Shown: piece by piece, positions 54,105 to 64,000 of the stretch
Position numbering within the stretch: the stretch's first letter is position 1
Layout of the letters: each line of letters opens with the position of its first letter
NCBI GenBank assembly: GCA_951406725.2
Contig: OX597823.1
Coordinates: 85,994,001-86,058,000, forward strand
Direction of reading: 5' to 3'
DNA from: Octopus vulgaris
Taxonomy: Eukaryota
Length of the DNA: 64,000 bases
Position numbers and translations under genes: made by a program
The notes under the pieces: generated by a model
What the model was told of the DNA's origin: nothing
What the model saw: only the letters and a program-made list of their open reading frames with translations
Databases searched by the model: none

Positions 54105-54881
54105 TATCTTCCATCTTTTATTTCTTTCTGGCGATGTACGGCGGCCATGCTGGGGCCATGTCTGATACATATTCTATCAGCTATTTTGCCGAACCGCTAC
54201 GTTAAGAGGAGGTAAATGAGCTTTCAATCGTTGTCAAGTGGTGGTGGGGAACAAACACAAACACAAAGAAACTTACACATAGATACATATATACACACTC
54301 CAGGCTTCTTATAGTTTCCGTCTCCGAAATCCACTTCCCAAGGCTTTCGTTGGCCCGGGCGTATAATTGAAGACACTTTCCCAAGATGCCGCACAATGGG
54401 ACTGAACTTAAAACCGCATGGCTAAGAACCAGGCTCCGAGAACATTTTGTATACAAATTTTGGAAGCGCCAAACTCGTTAGTATTTTGCTGACAAGGAAG
54501 CAAATTTTGAACAGAGTGTAACTGGAAACAGCAGAGACATATTTGGTATTTACGCTTAGAAGAGGGAAAAAAGTTGCTAGCAGGCGGACATATAATACAT
54601 ACATACATACATACATACGCTCTCTCTCTCTCTTTTACTCTTTTAATTGTTTCAGTCATTTGACTGCGGCCATGCTGAAGCACCGCTTTTAGTCGAGCAA
54701 ATCGACCCCAGAACTTATTCTTTGTAAGCCTAGTACTTATTCTATCGGTCTGTTTTGCTGAACCGCTAAGTTACGGGGACGTAAACACACCAGCATCGGT
54801 TGTCAAGCGATGCTGGGAGGACAAACACAGACAAACATACACACACACATACATATATACGACGGGCTTCTTTCAGTTTCC
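54105..54881 (-). mobile_element. Two SINE family A copies (degraded 54105-54428; 5'-truncated 54633-54881)
   Basis: Reverse-complement matches. Confidence 0.8.
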
Positions 54882-55269
54882 TTATATATATATATATATA
54901 TACACACACAAACATACACACACATACACACAAGCATACATACACTCAGACGCGTTTATATGAATTTATTTCGAGTCATAATTGCATACAGTCAGTGTCA
55001 TTTTGACAAACACTAAAAAAGAAAGTCTCTAATTTAGACACAAGGCCAATAAAACCAAGGGGACGGGGTTAAATTTGATACCATTGGCCCGCAGTAGTTG
55101 TCTGGTATTTGAGATTATCGTGTCTGTGAGATCTGGGTATGTATTGAACTTAGACAGTAAATTTCACCGACGTTACGATGTTACTGCTAGCTCACGCCTT
55201 TACGTATGTATATATTTACGTAAAAATGAATGTATATATGTATCTATGTGTTGTATGCATGAATTCGTG

Positions 55270-55341
<72 letters not shown>

Positions 55342-55377
55342 CTTATATGTGTGTGTGTGTGTGTGTGCATGTGTGTG

Positions 55378-55434
<57 letters not shown>

Positions 55435-55529
55435 TATGCACATTTATGTGTGTATGGATATATACATGAATGTATCTATGGATGGATGACTGTTTGTATG
55501 TTAACATATATGTTGGTCTGTATGTATGT

Positions 55530-55648
55530 GTGCGAGAATGTATGTATGTATGTCTGTATGCATGTATGTATGTATGTATGTATGTATGTATGTATGTATG
55601 CATGTATGTATGCATGTATGTACGTATGTATGTATGTATGTACGTATG

Positions 55649-55679
<31 letters not shown>

Positions 55680-55849
55680 GTATGTATGTATGTATGTGTA
55701 TGCATGTATATGTGAATATATGGACTTATAAATATATCTATATATGCACGTATGTATGTATATGTGTACTTATGCGTGTATGTATTTATCAACGTATAAA
55801 CAACGAATGCATTTAAATAACAGCAACAACAACAACAACAACAACGATG

Positions 55850-55915
<66 letters not shown>

Positions 55916-56009
55916 TGAAGAAAAATGAACAACAAAACTAATAATAATGATGATGATGATGATGATGGTGGTGATGATGATGATATATAACAACAACAAC
56001 AACAGGAAC

Positions 56010-56091
<82 letters not shown>

Positions 56092-56215
56092 TAATAATGA
56101 TGATAATAATAATAATAATATGATGAAAAATGATGATGTGGTGATGATGATGATGGTGGTGGTGATGGTGATGTGGTGGTGGTGGTGGTGGTGATGATAT
56201 AACAACAACTGCAAC
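55530..56215. repeat. (ATGT)n followed by (AAC/AAT/GAT/GGT)n compound microsatellites
   Basis: Seen directly. Confidence 0.95.
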
Positions 56216-56707
56216 GACAACCGCAATAACGAAATTATTAGCACAGACAAAGGAAAGCGGTGCCGGCAGCAGCTTAGAATTATTGTTATGTAGTAAGTAT
56301 AAGCCAGTAAGAGAAAAGACGGACGAGCAGATGTTTTGTGTGAGAGTTCTTCGTTTCTATTGGTTGTTTCAACAACGAGGCATTGTTTTATCAAATGACA
56401 GTCCTGAAGTAGGCGTGTTGTCTACAATTGTTTTGAAAGGGGAAGGCTTTTGAATATATCGCTCTGTGATTAGAGAGCATCTGCTGGCGTATAAATACAC
56501 TTCGAAATAAACTCGTACGTACAGACGTACAGTTAGTTTCTCGTACGAACGCACGTATACACGCTCTTACGCTTACTCTCATAAACACATATTCACATTG
56601 ACATGCAGCCAAATGCATAGACACGTACTAAGACACGCCATATTTATATATACACACGCACACACATATCCGTCCATATCTGTATCTATATATGTGTGTG
56701 TGAGTGT

Positions 56708-56769
56708 TTTTATACATGCGTTTAAGCAGTTTTATACATGCGTTTAAGCAGTTTTATACATGCGTTTAA
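56708..56769. repeat. 22-bp tandem repeat, about three copies (TTTTATACATGCGTTTAAGCAG)
   Basis: Seen directly. Confidence 0.9.
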
Positions 56770-56959
56770 CAGCCATATACAGAGTCGGGATACATGAATA
56801 CAAACATACATGCATACACAATCGTTTAATTACGTATATGCATAAATGCATGTGTGTATTGTGTACGTATATGCGTGTGTGCTTGCATGCGTATATACAC
56901 ACATGCATATCTATTATTATGCACCCACCGACACACACACATATTATTTTACTTTTTTT

Positions 56960-57313
56960 ATTCCTTTACTTGTTTCAGTCATTTGACTGCGGCCATGCTG
57001 GAGCACCCCTTTTTAATCGAACAAATCAATCCCAGGACTCACTGTTTGCAAACCCAGTACCTATTCTATCGGTCTCTTTTGCTGAACCGCTAAGTTCGGA
57101 AACACACCAGCATCGGTTGTCAAGCGATGGTGTTGGGGACAAACACAGACACAAAAATATATACATATATACGACGAGCCTCATTCAATTTCCGTCCACC
57201 AAATCCACTCACAAGGCTTTGGTCGGCCCCAGGGCCCAAGGTGTCAGGCAGTGGAACTGAACCCGGAACCACGTGGTTGGGAAGCAAGCGTCTTATCACA
57301 CAGCCATGCTTGC

Positions 57314-57314
<1 letters not shown>
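56960..57314 (-). mobile_element. SINE family A
   Basis: Reverse-complement match with small deletions. Confidence 0.85.
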
Positions 57315-57354
<40 letters not shown>

Positions 57355-57427
57355 TATGCATATATACAGAAATATATACATACACATATATTTTAATATA
57401 TACAAAATACATACATATAAATATATA

Positions 57428-57713
57428 TCTCTCTCTATATAAACGGCAGTTTGTCTGTGTGTGTTTCTGTGTGTCGAAAATTTTGAAAAGTTCCCCCAGT
57501 TCTGAAAAAGATCGATAAATTCGACATGGGGTCGAGAATCAGAAACACAAACCACAGATGGTCTAGGGGACGCAACTCGACCTTTTTAACTATCAAAAAA
57601 AATTTACCATCATTTTTTTCCCATTTTTTTTTGCTATTTTTTGGCTATAACTCTAAAAATGCTTTATAGTTATTTCCCTTACAAACCTGAGCAACGCCGG
57701 GCGATACTGCTAG
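57428..57713 (+). mobile_element. Non-autonomous Helitron (variant 5' end)
   Basis: A|TCTCTCTCTATATAAACGGCAG...CCTGAGCAACGCCGGGCGATACTGCTAG|T. Confidence 0.8.
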
Positions 57714-57904
57714 TTTGTTTATATACAAATACCTATGTATAAACATGTGCATGTACGAGTGTAAAAGTACGTGTATGTGTGTGAGTATGTGTGTGTATGT
57801 GTGTGTGCGCACGCGCACGCATTCCCTAATAATAAAGGTATCGATTTCTCTAGCTCGTCAATGTTTTGTCTGTCTGTTTGTCTCCATGTACTTTTGGTCA
57901 CTCT

Positions 57905-58345
57905 GTGTTCCGTCTGAACCCGGCTTCAGGTTTAATCTCTCTGTGTGACACTTTGGGCAGGTATCTTCTATTATAGCCCCAGGCAACCAAAGCCTTGTGA
58001 GTGGATTTGGTGACGGAAACTGAAAGAAGCCCATCATACATATGTGTGCATGCGTGGGAGAGAGAGAGTGTTTGTGTGTGTATGTGTGTTTGAGAGAGAG
58101 AATGTGTTTGTGAGTGTGTGTGTGCGTGTATTTCTGTGTGTGTAAATTGTGTTTGTCATCCATCACTCCTTGACCAACACAGGTTCTGATTTCTTTACGT
58201 CTCTGTAACTTAGAGGTTCGCCATAAGAAAACGATAGAATAAGTACCAGGTTTTAAAAAATACTTTGGGGTTGATTCGTTCGACTAAAGCCAGTAAAGGC
58301 GGTGATGCAGCGTGGCCGCGCTCAAATGAGTAAAGCAAGTAAAAG
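57905..58345 (+). mobile_element. SINE family A, older copy
   Basis: Diverged match with expanded internal (TG/GA)n. Confidence 0.75.
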
Positions 58346-58378
58346 ATATATAAAATGCGTGTGTATGTATGTAGATAC

Positions 58379-58449
<71 letters not shown>

Positions 58450-58884
58450 GAGAGAGAGAGAGAAAGGTTATGAGAGGTAATGGTGTCAATAAGACGCAAA
58501 GGAGTCAGGTAATGCTGAATAAGTGCTATGGACAGACCATAGTAAAGCTCCAGGTTCGGTAATTATGCGAATAAGGAGTCCAACTTAGGTCATATATCAG
58601 CATGTGTTTATATAATAAAAAAAAATTGTTTCAGAATGAGATAAGAAACCAAGGCTGTGAAGATTTTAGAATATTTATACACTCGAATGCAACTGTCACC
58701 GAAATGTCCAGCGTGCTAACGATTCTGCTAGCTGCCATCTTAACGAAATAGCTAACTAACTACCCAATTACAAATCTATTGTCTGGCGGGTCACCTACTA
58801 CTTGTTCAATATGATTTCACAGACAAAAAAATGTCTAAAATAATTATGAGGCTTAACTAAATTTCACAACACAATTATCACAGA

Positions 58885-59281
58885 CTAGCAGTATCGCCCG
58901 GCGTTGCTCAGGTTTGTAAGGGAAATAACTATAAAGCATTTTTAGAGAGTTATAGCCCCAAAATAGCAAAAAAATGCATTAAAAATGGAAAAAAAATGAT
59001 CGTAAATTTTTTTAAATCGTTGACTCATCGTAGACATTTTTAGATAGTTACTTCCCTTATATAATAGCGAAAAAATGCATTAAAATGGAAAAAAATTATG
59101 GTAATTTTTTTTTTAAATCGTAGACTCATCGTAAACGCGCGCTAATACCCAGAAGGGTTCGATATGAATCACGACTATAAGATACCCGGTTTTGGTTAAA
59201 CTGCACCGCAAAATGTGGGAGTAGTTAGGAATCTAAATCGTAGGAGACAGACACACAACTTCACTTTCATATATATAAAGA
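58885..59281 (-). mobile_element. Non-autonomous Helitron (short form)
   Basis: Minus strand A|TC...hairpin-CTAG|T; colinear with 15426-15819; contains an internal tandem duplication of about 100 bp. Confidence 0.85.
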
Positions 59282-59610
59282 TATGCGCTATAGCATCGCA
59301 AAAAAGACTCGGAAGCCTTGCGTGTGTCTACGACTTACTAAAGATGTTTAGTGAGACGGAGAAACGTCCGGATGTAGCACCGTTCTGCTTATATCACTGA
59401 TATTCTGTGAAGTGTTTCGTGTTATTTTGATAATTCATATATTTTAATTATGATCTTTGAGTAGCCTCCCGTCTCAAACTTTAGATGAAATTTCGATTAC
59501 GTTAAATTGGTCTGCCTTTCGCATCAATGATGATAGTAATCACAGACAGTATATGTAAGTTACATATTACGTGTTATGTATGTGCTTGCATGTGTGCGTG
59601 TGTGTGTACT

Positions 59611-59644
<34 letters not shown>

Positions 59645-59646
<2 letters not shown>

Positions 59647-59815
59647 CGCAGGAGTGGCTGTGTGGTAAGTAGCTTGTTTACCAACCACATGGTTCCGGGT
59701 TCAGTCCCACTGCGTGGCACCTTGGGCAAGTGTGTTCTACTATAGCCTCGGGCCGACCAAAGCCTTGTGAGTGGATTTGGTAGACGGAAACTGAAAGAAG
59801 CCCGTCATATATATG

Positions 59816-59848
<33 letters not shown>

Positions 59849-60025
59849 TTGTGTGTCTGTGTTTGTCCCCCTAGCTGGTGTGTTTATGTCCCCGTTACTT
59901 AGTGGTTCGGCAAAAGAGACCGATAGAATAAGTACTGGGCTTTCAAAAGAATAAGTCCCGGGGTCGAGTTGCTCGATTAAAGGCGGTGCTCCACCATGGC
60001 CGCAGTCAAATGACTGAAACAAGTG
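59645..60025 (+). mobile_element. SINE family A, young copy
   Basis: Near-consensus sequence, immediately after (TA)n. Confidence 0.92.
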
Positions 60026-60596
60026 TAAAAAAAAAGAAAAATCCCGGAAACAGCTGTATACACTTAAAAGCAAAAATACGAAAATGTAAACGAATATTTA
60101 CACAATTGAACGAGCTACCAGAAAAGTACTAATTACACTAATCAGGTTTTCCGATTTGATGAAGTCCTCATCTGTATTGACTATATAAATAATTCGTCAG
60201 TGGTTCGACGGAAGAGAAATACTCGAGTCCCATATACATGGAGAATAATAATATTAATACTTTTAACACTGAATATAAAACAATAGCAGGTAGAGGATGT
60301 GTGTGTGTATGTGGGCATGTGGGCGTGGTGTGTTCATGTATGTTTGAGTGTGAGTGTGTGTATGTGTGTAGAAAGATAGCTATATAGATATAGCTATACT
60401 CATACATATGTACATACATGCATACATTCATACATCCGTATAGATTTGACAGGAAAAAAAAAACAAGATAAACAGTAATCAATGCATGAGAATATATATA
60501 TAATTTTTTTTTTCCTTCTTTCTTCAAATTTTCGTCCATTTCTCGCCGAGTGTTTTCCGTACACCTAGGGCAGAGAAGCTCATTGTATGCAAATTA

Positions 60597-60678
<82 letters not shown>

Positions 60679-60859
60679 CATCATCATCATAGACGTCACA
60701 CAGTCTATATCGTAAGCTTGTTGATTGAAGATGTATCTACCGGGTGTTTGTATTGATTGTCAAGTCACAACATGGACAGCACATTACACAATAACCGTGC
60801 AGTTTCAAGTAGTGCCGACGTTTTCAATACTATTATTATTATTATTATTATTATCATTG

Positions 60860-60914
<55 letters not shown>

Positions 60915-60915
<1 letters not shown>

Positions 60916-61425
60916 TTCTCTTTATCGCAGGTTTTGTTGGAGCTCCTGGAGTCTTGCATGCGTAGCGGGTTTACTACCTGCAGACTACGGTACTGTGCTA
61001 TTCGTTCTTTTCAGCAATCCTGATTGTTCTGGCCGTGCCAAGGAGGCAAACCATTTGTAACGGTTCTACTAGACACTCTATTCCAATTTCCTGGATTTTG
61101 CTTTGTATTTGTACACGGTCGACTTGAAGTCTCACCTAGAGACCTCAAGAGACAACAATTTAGAAGTTCAAATTTGATGCTATGACTAGGGTGCCATATT
61201 TTTGGTTTTGCACAGAATATTGTTCTAGAGGATATCTGTGAAAACAAGACAATTAGAAATTTCTTTTAAAAATAATTTGATTATAAGATGATTGTGTGAC
61301 AGTAATGGGTGTTTGCTGTTATGTACATTTGAAAGTACTTTTTGCAATGTTTACTGATAAAAAAAAAGGTTGGGGATTACTTGGACAATATTTTACGTAG
61401 GATATGAGCAGTTCCCATGAACACA
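60915..61425 (-). mobile_element. Two joined R4/Dong-like 3' fragments in (TAA)n
   Basis: Minus-strand translations EIGIECLVEPLQMVCLLGTARTIRIA and VFMGTAHILRKILSK*, each followed by a different 3' UTR. Confidence 0.7.
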
Positions 61426-61491
<66 letters not shown>

Positions 61492-61845
61492 GCCTTTGCA
61501 CAGATTCTAACGCTGGAGATGTATTACAATGTCAGCTGTTCACTACCAGTGAACTAAGGTAACGCCTCTCATTTTTCGAGCACCTTCCGGAGTATTCGAG
61601 CGGTTCCAAGCAGTGTTGTTTTCTGCAAGTGCTCCAGCCTTATTGCAGCCACTATTTGTTTCACGTACTTCTCGAGATCTTTGCTCACTATTCCCAGGGC
61701 TCCGATAATTATTGCTACTACTGCTACCTTTTTCACCGACCAAAAATGTTTAACTTCCCAAGCTAACCTGTCATATCCTTCGACTTTTTTCTTTATCGCA
61801 TACCTTGACAGCTGGGCATGCTATACCTATGATCCAGCAAAGTTT
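61492..61845 (-). mobile_element. R4/Dong-like 5'-truncated LINE (restriction-like endonuclease C-terminus) in (TAA)n
   Basis: CWIIGIACP...KVEGYDRLAWEV...IIIGALGIVSKDLEKY...LQKTTLLGTARILRKVLEK*. TAA repeats on both flanks. Confidence 0.8.
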
Positions 61846-61859
61846 GTTATTGTTATTAC

Positions 61860-62019
<160 letters not shown>

Positions 62020-62175
62020 TTATCATTATTAACAGAAGTGACCTAAGAAATGAGAGTTTCGTACATAGCGCTTTAAAAATACTGATGAGTACTCTCTGCG
62101 CGAAACTCTTAAGCCTTAGGTCAGTTTTGTAACATTCTGCTGATTAGACATATGCATACACACTCATACGCGCGT

Positions 62176-62244
<69 letters not shown>

Positions 62245-62703
62245 GAGAGAGTGGGAGCTTGATAAGTGCATGCATAGATACACGCATACACACAAGCACA
62301 CGGTAAAGGACACGACATCAACACCCATATGCATTAACATGTTATACAAAACACATATATGCTTCCAGACTAACCATGCTTATATTTCTCTCGCTCTGTT
62401 TCATTCTACACTTGTTTACCGGCTGCTATATGTCAGTTACGTCTGTCATATCAAACTGCATCGTGCATTCAACAACGTGTGACGCTGTTACATGTCTCTG
62501 TGTGTCTGTGTGTCAGTACATCTATACATTTTGTCTATGTACAATGTAGGTTGTAAAATTTTTCACATGTAGGTACTTAACCGCAGGTCAGTTCTGACTC
62601 GCTATAATCATCTGCTTCTTAACTCCAGAAAGTGTTTGTAACTTTATCGTAATTAATGTTCAGTGCCATGGTAATTGCCGTAGTTCATGCTACGGTGTGT
62701 CGT

Positions 62704-62719
62704 CTTCTGCTTCTTCCTC

Positions 62720-62751
<32 letters not shown>

Positions 62752-62985
62752 CTTCTTCTTCTTCTTCTTCTTCTTCTTCTTCTTCTTCTTCTTCTTCTCC
62801 TCCTCCTTCTTCTTCTTCTTCTTCTTCTTTTTCTTCTTCTTTTTCTTCTTTTATTTTTCTTTTTCGTTTTCTTTTTCTTTTTTCTTTTTCTTCTCCTCCT
62901 TCCCCTTCTCCTCCTCCTCCTCCTCCTTCTCCTTCTTCTTCTTCTTCTTCTTCTTCTTCTTCTTCTTCTTCTTCTTCCTTCTTCC
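62704..62985. repeat. (CTT)n/(CCT)n polypyrimidine tract
   Basis: Seen directly. Confidence 0.95.
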
Positions 62986-63249
62986 AATCAGGACTCACGC
63001 CATTAACCACAAAGAATAATCTGTAATTCGAGCCTACTCTAAGCTTCTAAGAATGCGTGTGGCAACTTGAAGATCCACCCACCCCACACGATAGACTGGC
63101 AGTTGCACGGGCGGGAAAGGTACGTTGTTATCCTCATTCCGTAAACGGTGGCTTTGAACGGGTGGATTCGCAATCTAGACTAGTGTCTGAAAGTTTACCA
63201 CACCATAGTGGGTTACACCATGGTTCCTCTGCCTTGTGGCAGAAGTAGG

Positions 63250-63437
63250 AGGAAAGAGAGAGAGAGAAAGTTGTGGTGAAAGAGTACAGCGAGGTTCACC
63301 CCCCCCCCACCGAGCATTGTGGAGCTTAGCTGTTTTTGCTCAATAAACACTCACAATGTCCGGGTCTGGGAATAGAAACCGCGAGTTCTTTCGACCTGGA
63401 GTCCGCTGCCCTTGTCACTGGGCCATTGCGCCTCCAC
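63250..63437 (-). mobile_element. SINE family C
   Basis: Minus strand: GGAGGCGCAATGGCCCAGTGACAAGGGCAGCGGAC...aagctccacaatg. Confidence 0.8.
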
Positions 63438-63457
63438 GTTTGTTGTTGTGTTACTGT

Positions 63458-63600
63458 TGGCAGCGAGCTGGCAGAATCGTTAACGCATCGAGTAAGATGC
63501 TTAGCTGCGTTTTGTTCTTCTTCTTTGCGTTATGAGTTCAAATATCTTTGAGATTAGATTTGCACTTCATCCTTTCGGAGTCGATGAAATAAATGCCATT
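63458..63600 (+). mobile_element. SINE family B, degraded
   Basis: ggcagcgagctggcagaatcg...cttcatcctttcggagtcgat. Confidence 0.75.
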
Positions 63601-63699
63601 TGAACAATGAGGACCGTGTTATCAGCTTTCCTCTTCACCCGAAATTTCAAGTAACAAGGAAGGTAATGAGAGGGATAATACTGTTGTGACAATAATAAG

Positions 63700-64000
63700 G
63701 TTACGGCAGCGGACTCGTGGTCGTGTGATCGCGGTTTCGATTCCCAAACCGGGCGTTGTGATTGTTTATTGAGCAAAAACACCTAAAAGCTCCACAAGGC
63801 TCCGTCAGAGGGTGATGGTGAACCCTGCTGTACTCTTTCACCAAAATTTTCTCTCACTCTGTGTCACGCTGAATATCCCCGAGAACTACATTAAAAGTAC
63901 ACGCGTCTGTGGAATGCTCAACCACTTGCACGTTAATTTCACGAGCAGACTGTTCCGTTGATTAGATCAACTGGAACACTCGTCGTCGTAACTGACGGAG
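63700..64000 (+). mobile_element. SINE family C with an alternative tail (runs off the window)
   Basis: ggcagcggactcgtggtcg...ggtttcgattccc head; the tail differs from the 33065 copy. Confidence 0.8.

Noticed and set aside
62053-62108. CTGATGA...CGAAAC hammerhead candidate
   Set aside because: Neither type I nor type III topology gives both a stem I and a cleavage triplet. It is better described as an imperfect hairpin (AGAGTTTCG/CGAAACTCT).

Overview
AT-rich, microsatellite-dense eukaryotic DNA, most likely intronic or intergenic sequence from an octopus or other coleoid cephalopod (inferred from the SINE families and repeat landscape, not verified). I found no host protein-coding exon, and almost all ORFs in the track are microsatellite or SINE artefacts. 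The window is a mosaic of mobile DNA. (1) One near-full-length but inactivated CR1/L2-group LINE (45285-49226, minus), whose reconstructed ORF1 has a Myb/SANT-like N-terminus plus a CCCH finger and whose ORF2 encodes an APE endonuclease and RT. (2) Dozens of copies of three tRNA-headed SINE families (called A, B and C here). The family A tail matches the LINE 3' end with compensatory stem-loop changes, and one family B tail matches the 3' end of a Tx1/L1-like fragment. (3) Three non-autonomous Helitrons sharing a 3' end but carrying different 5' ends. (4) R4/Dong-type fragments stacked in (TAA)n. (5) Mariner and hAT MITEs. (6) Many Penelope-type minimal hammerhead-ribozyme relics, including a family with a recurrent non-canonical CUGUNGA core. 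Boundaries were read by eye and are approximate, especially for degraded copies.
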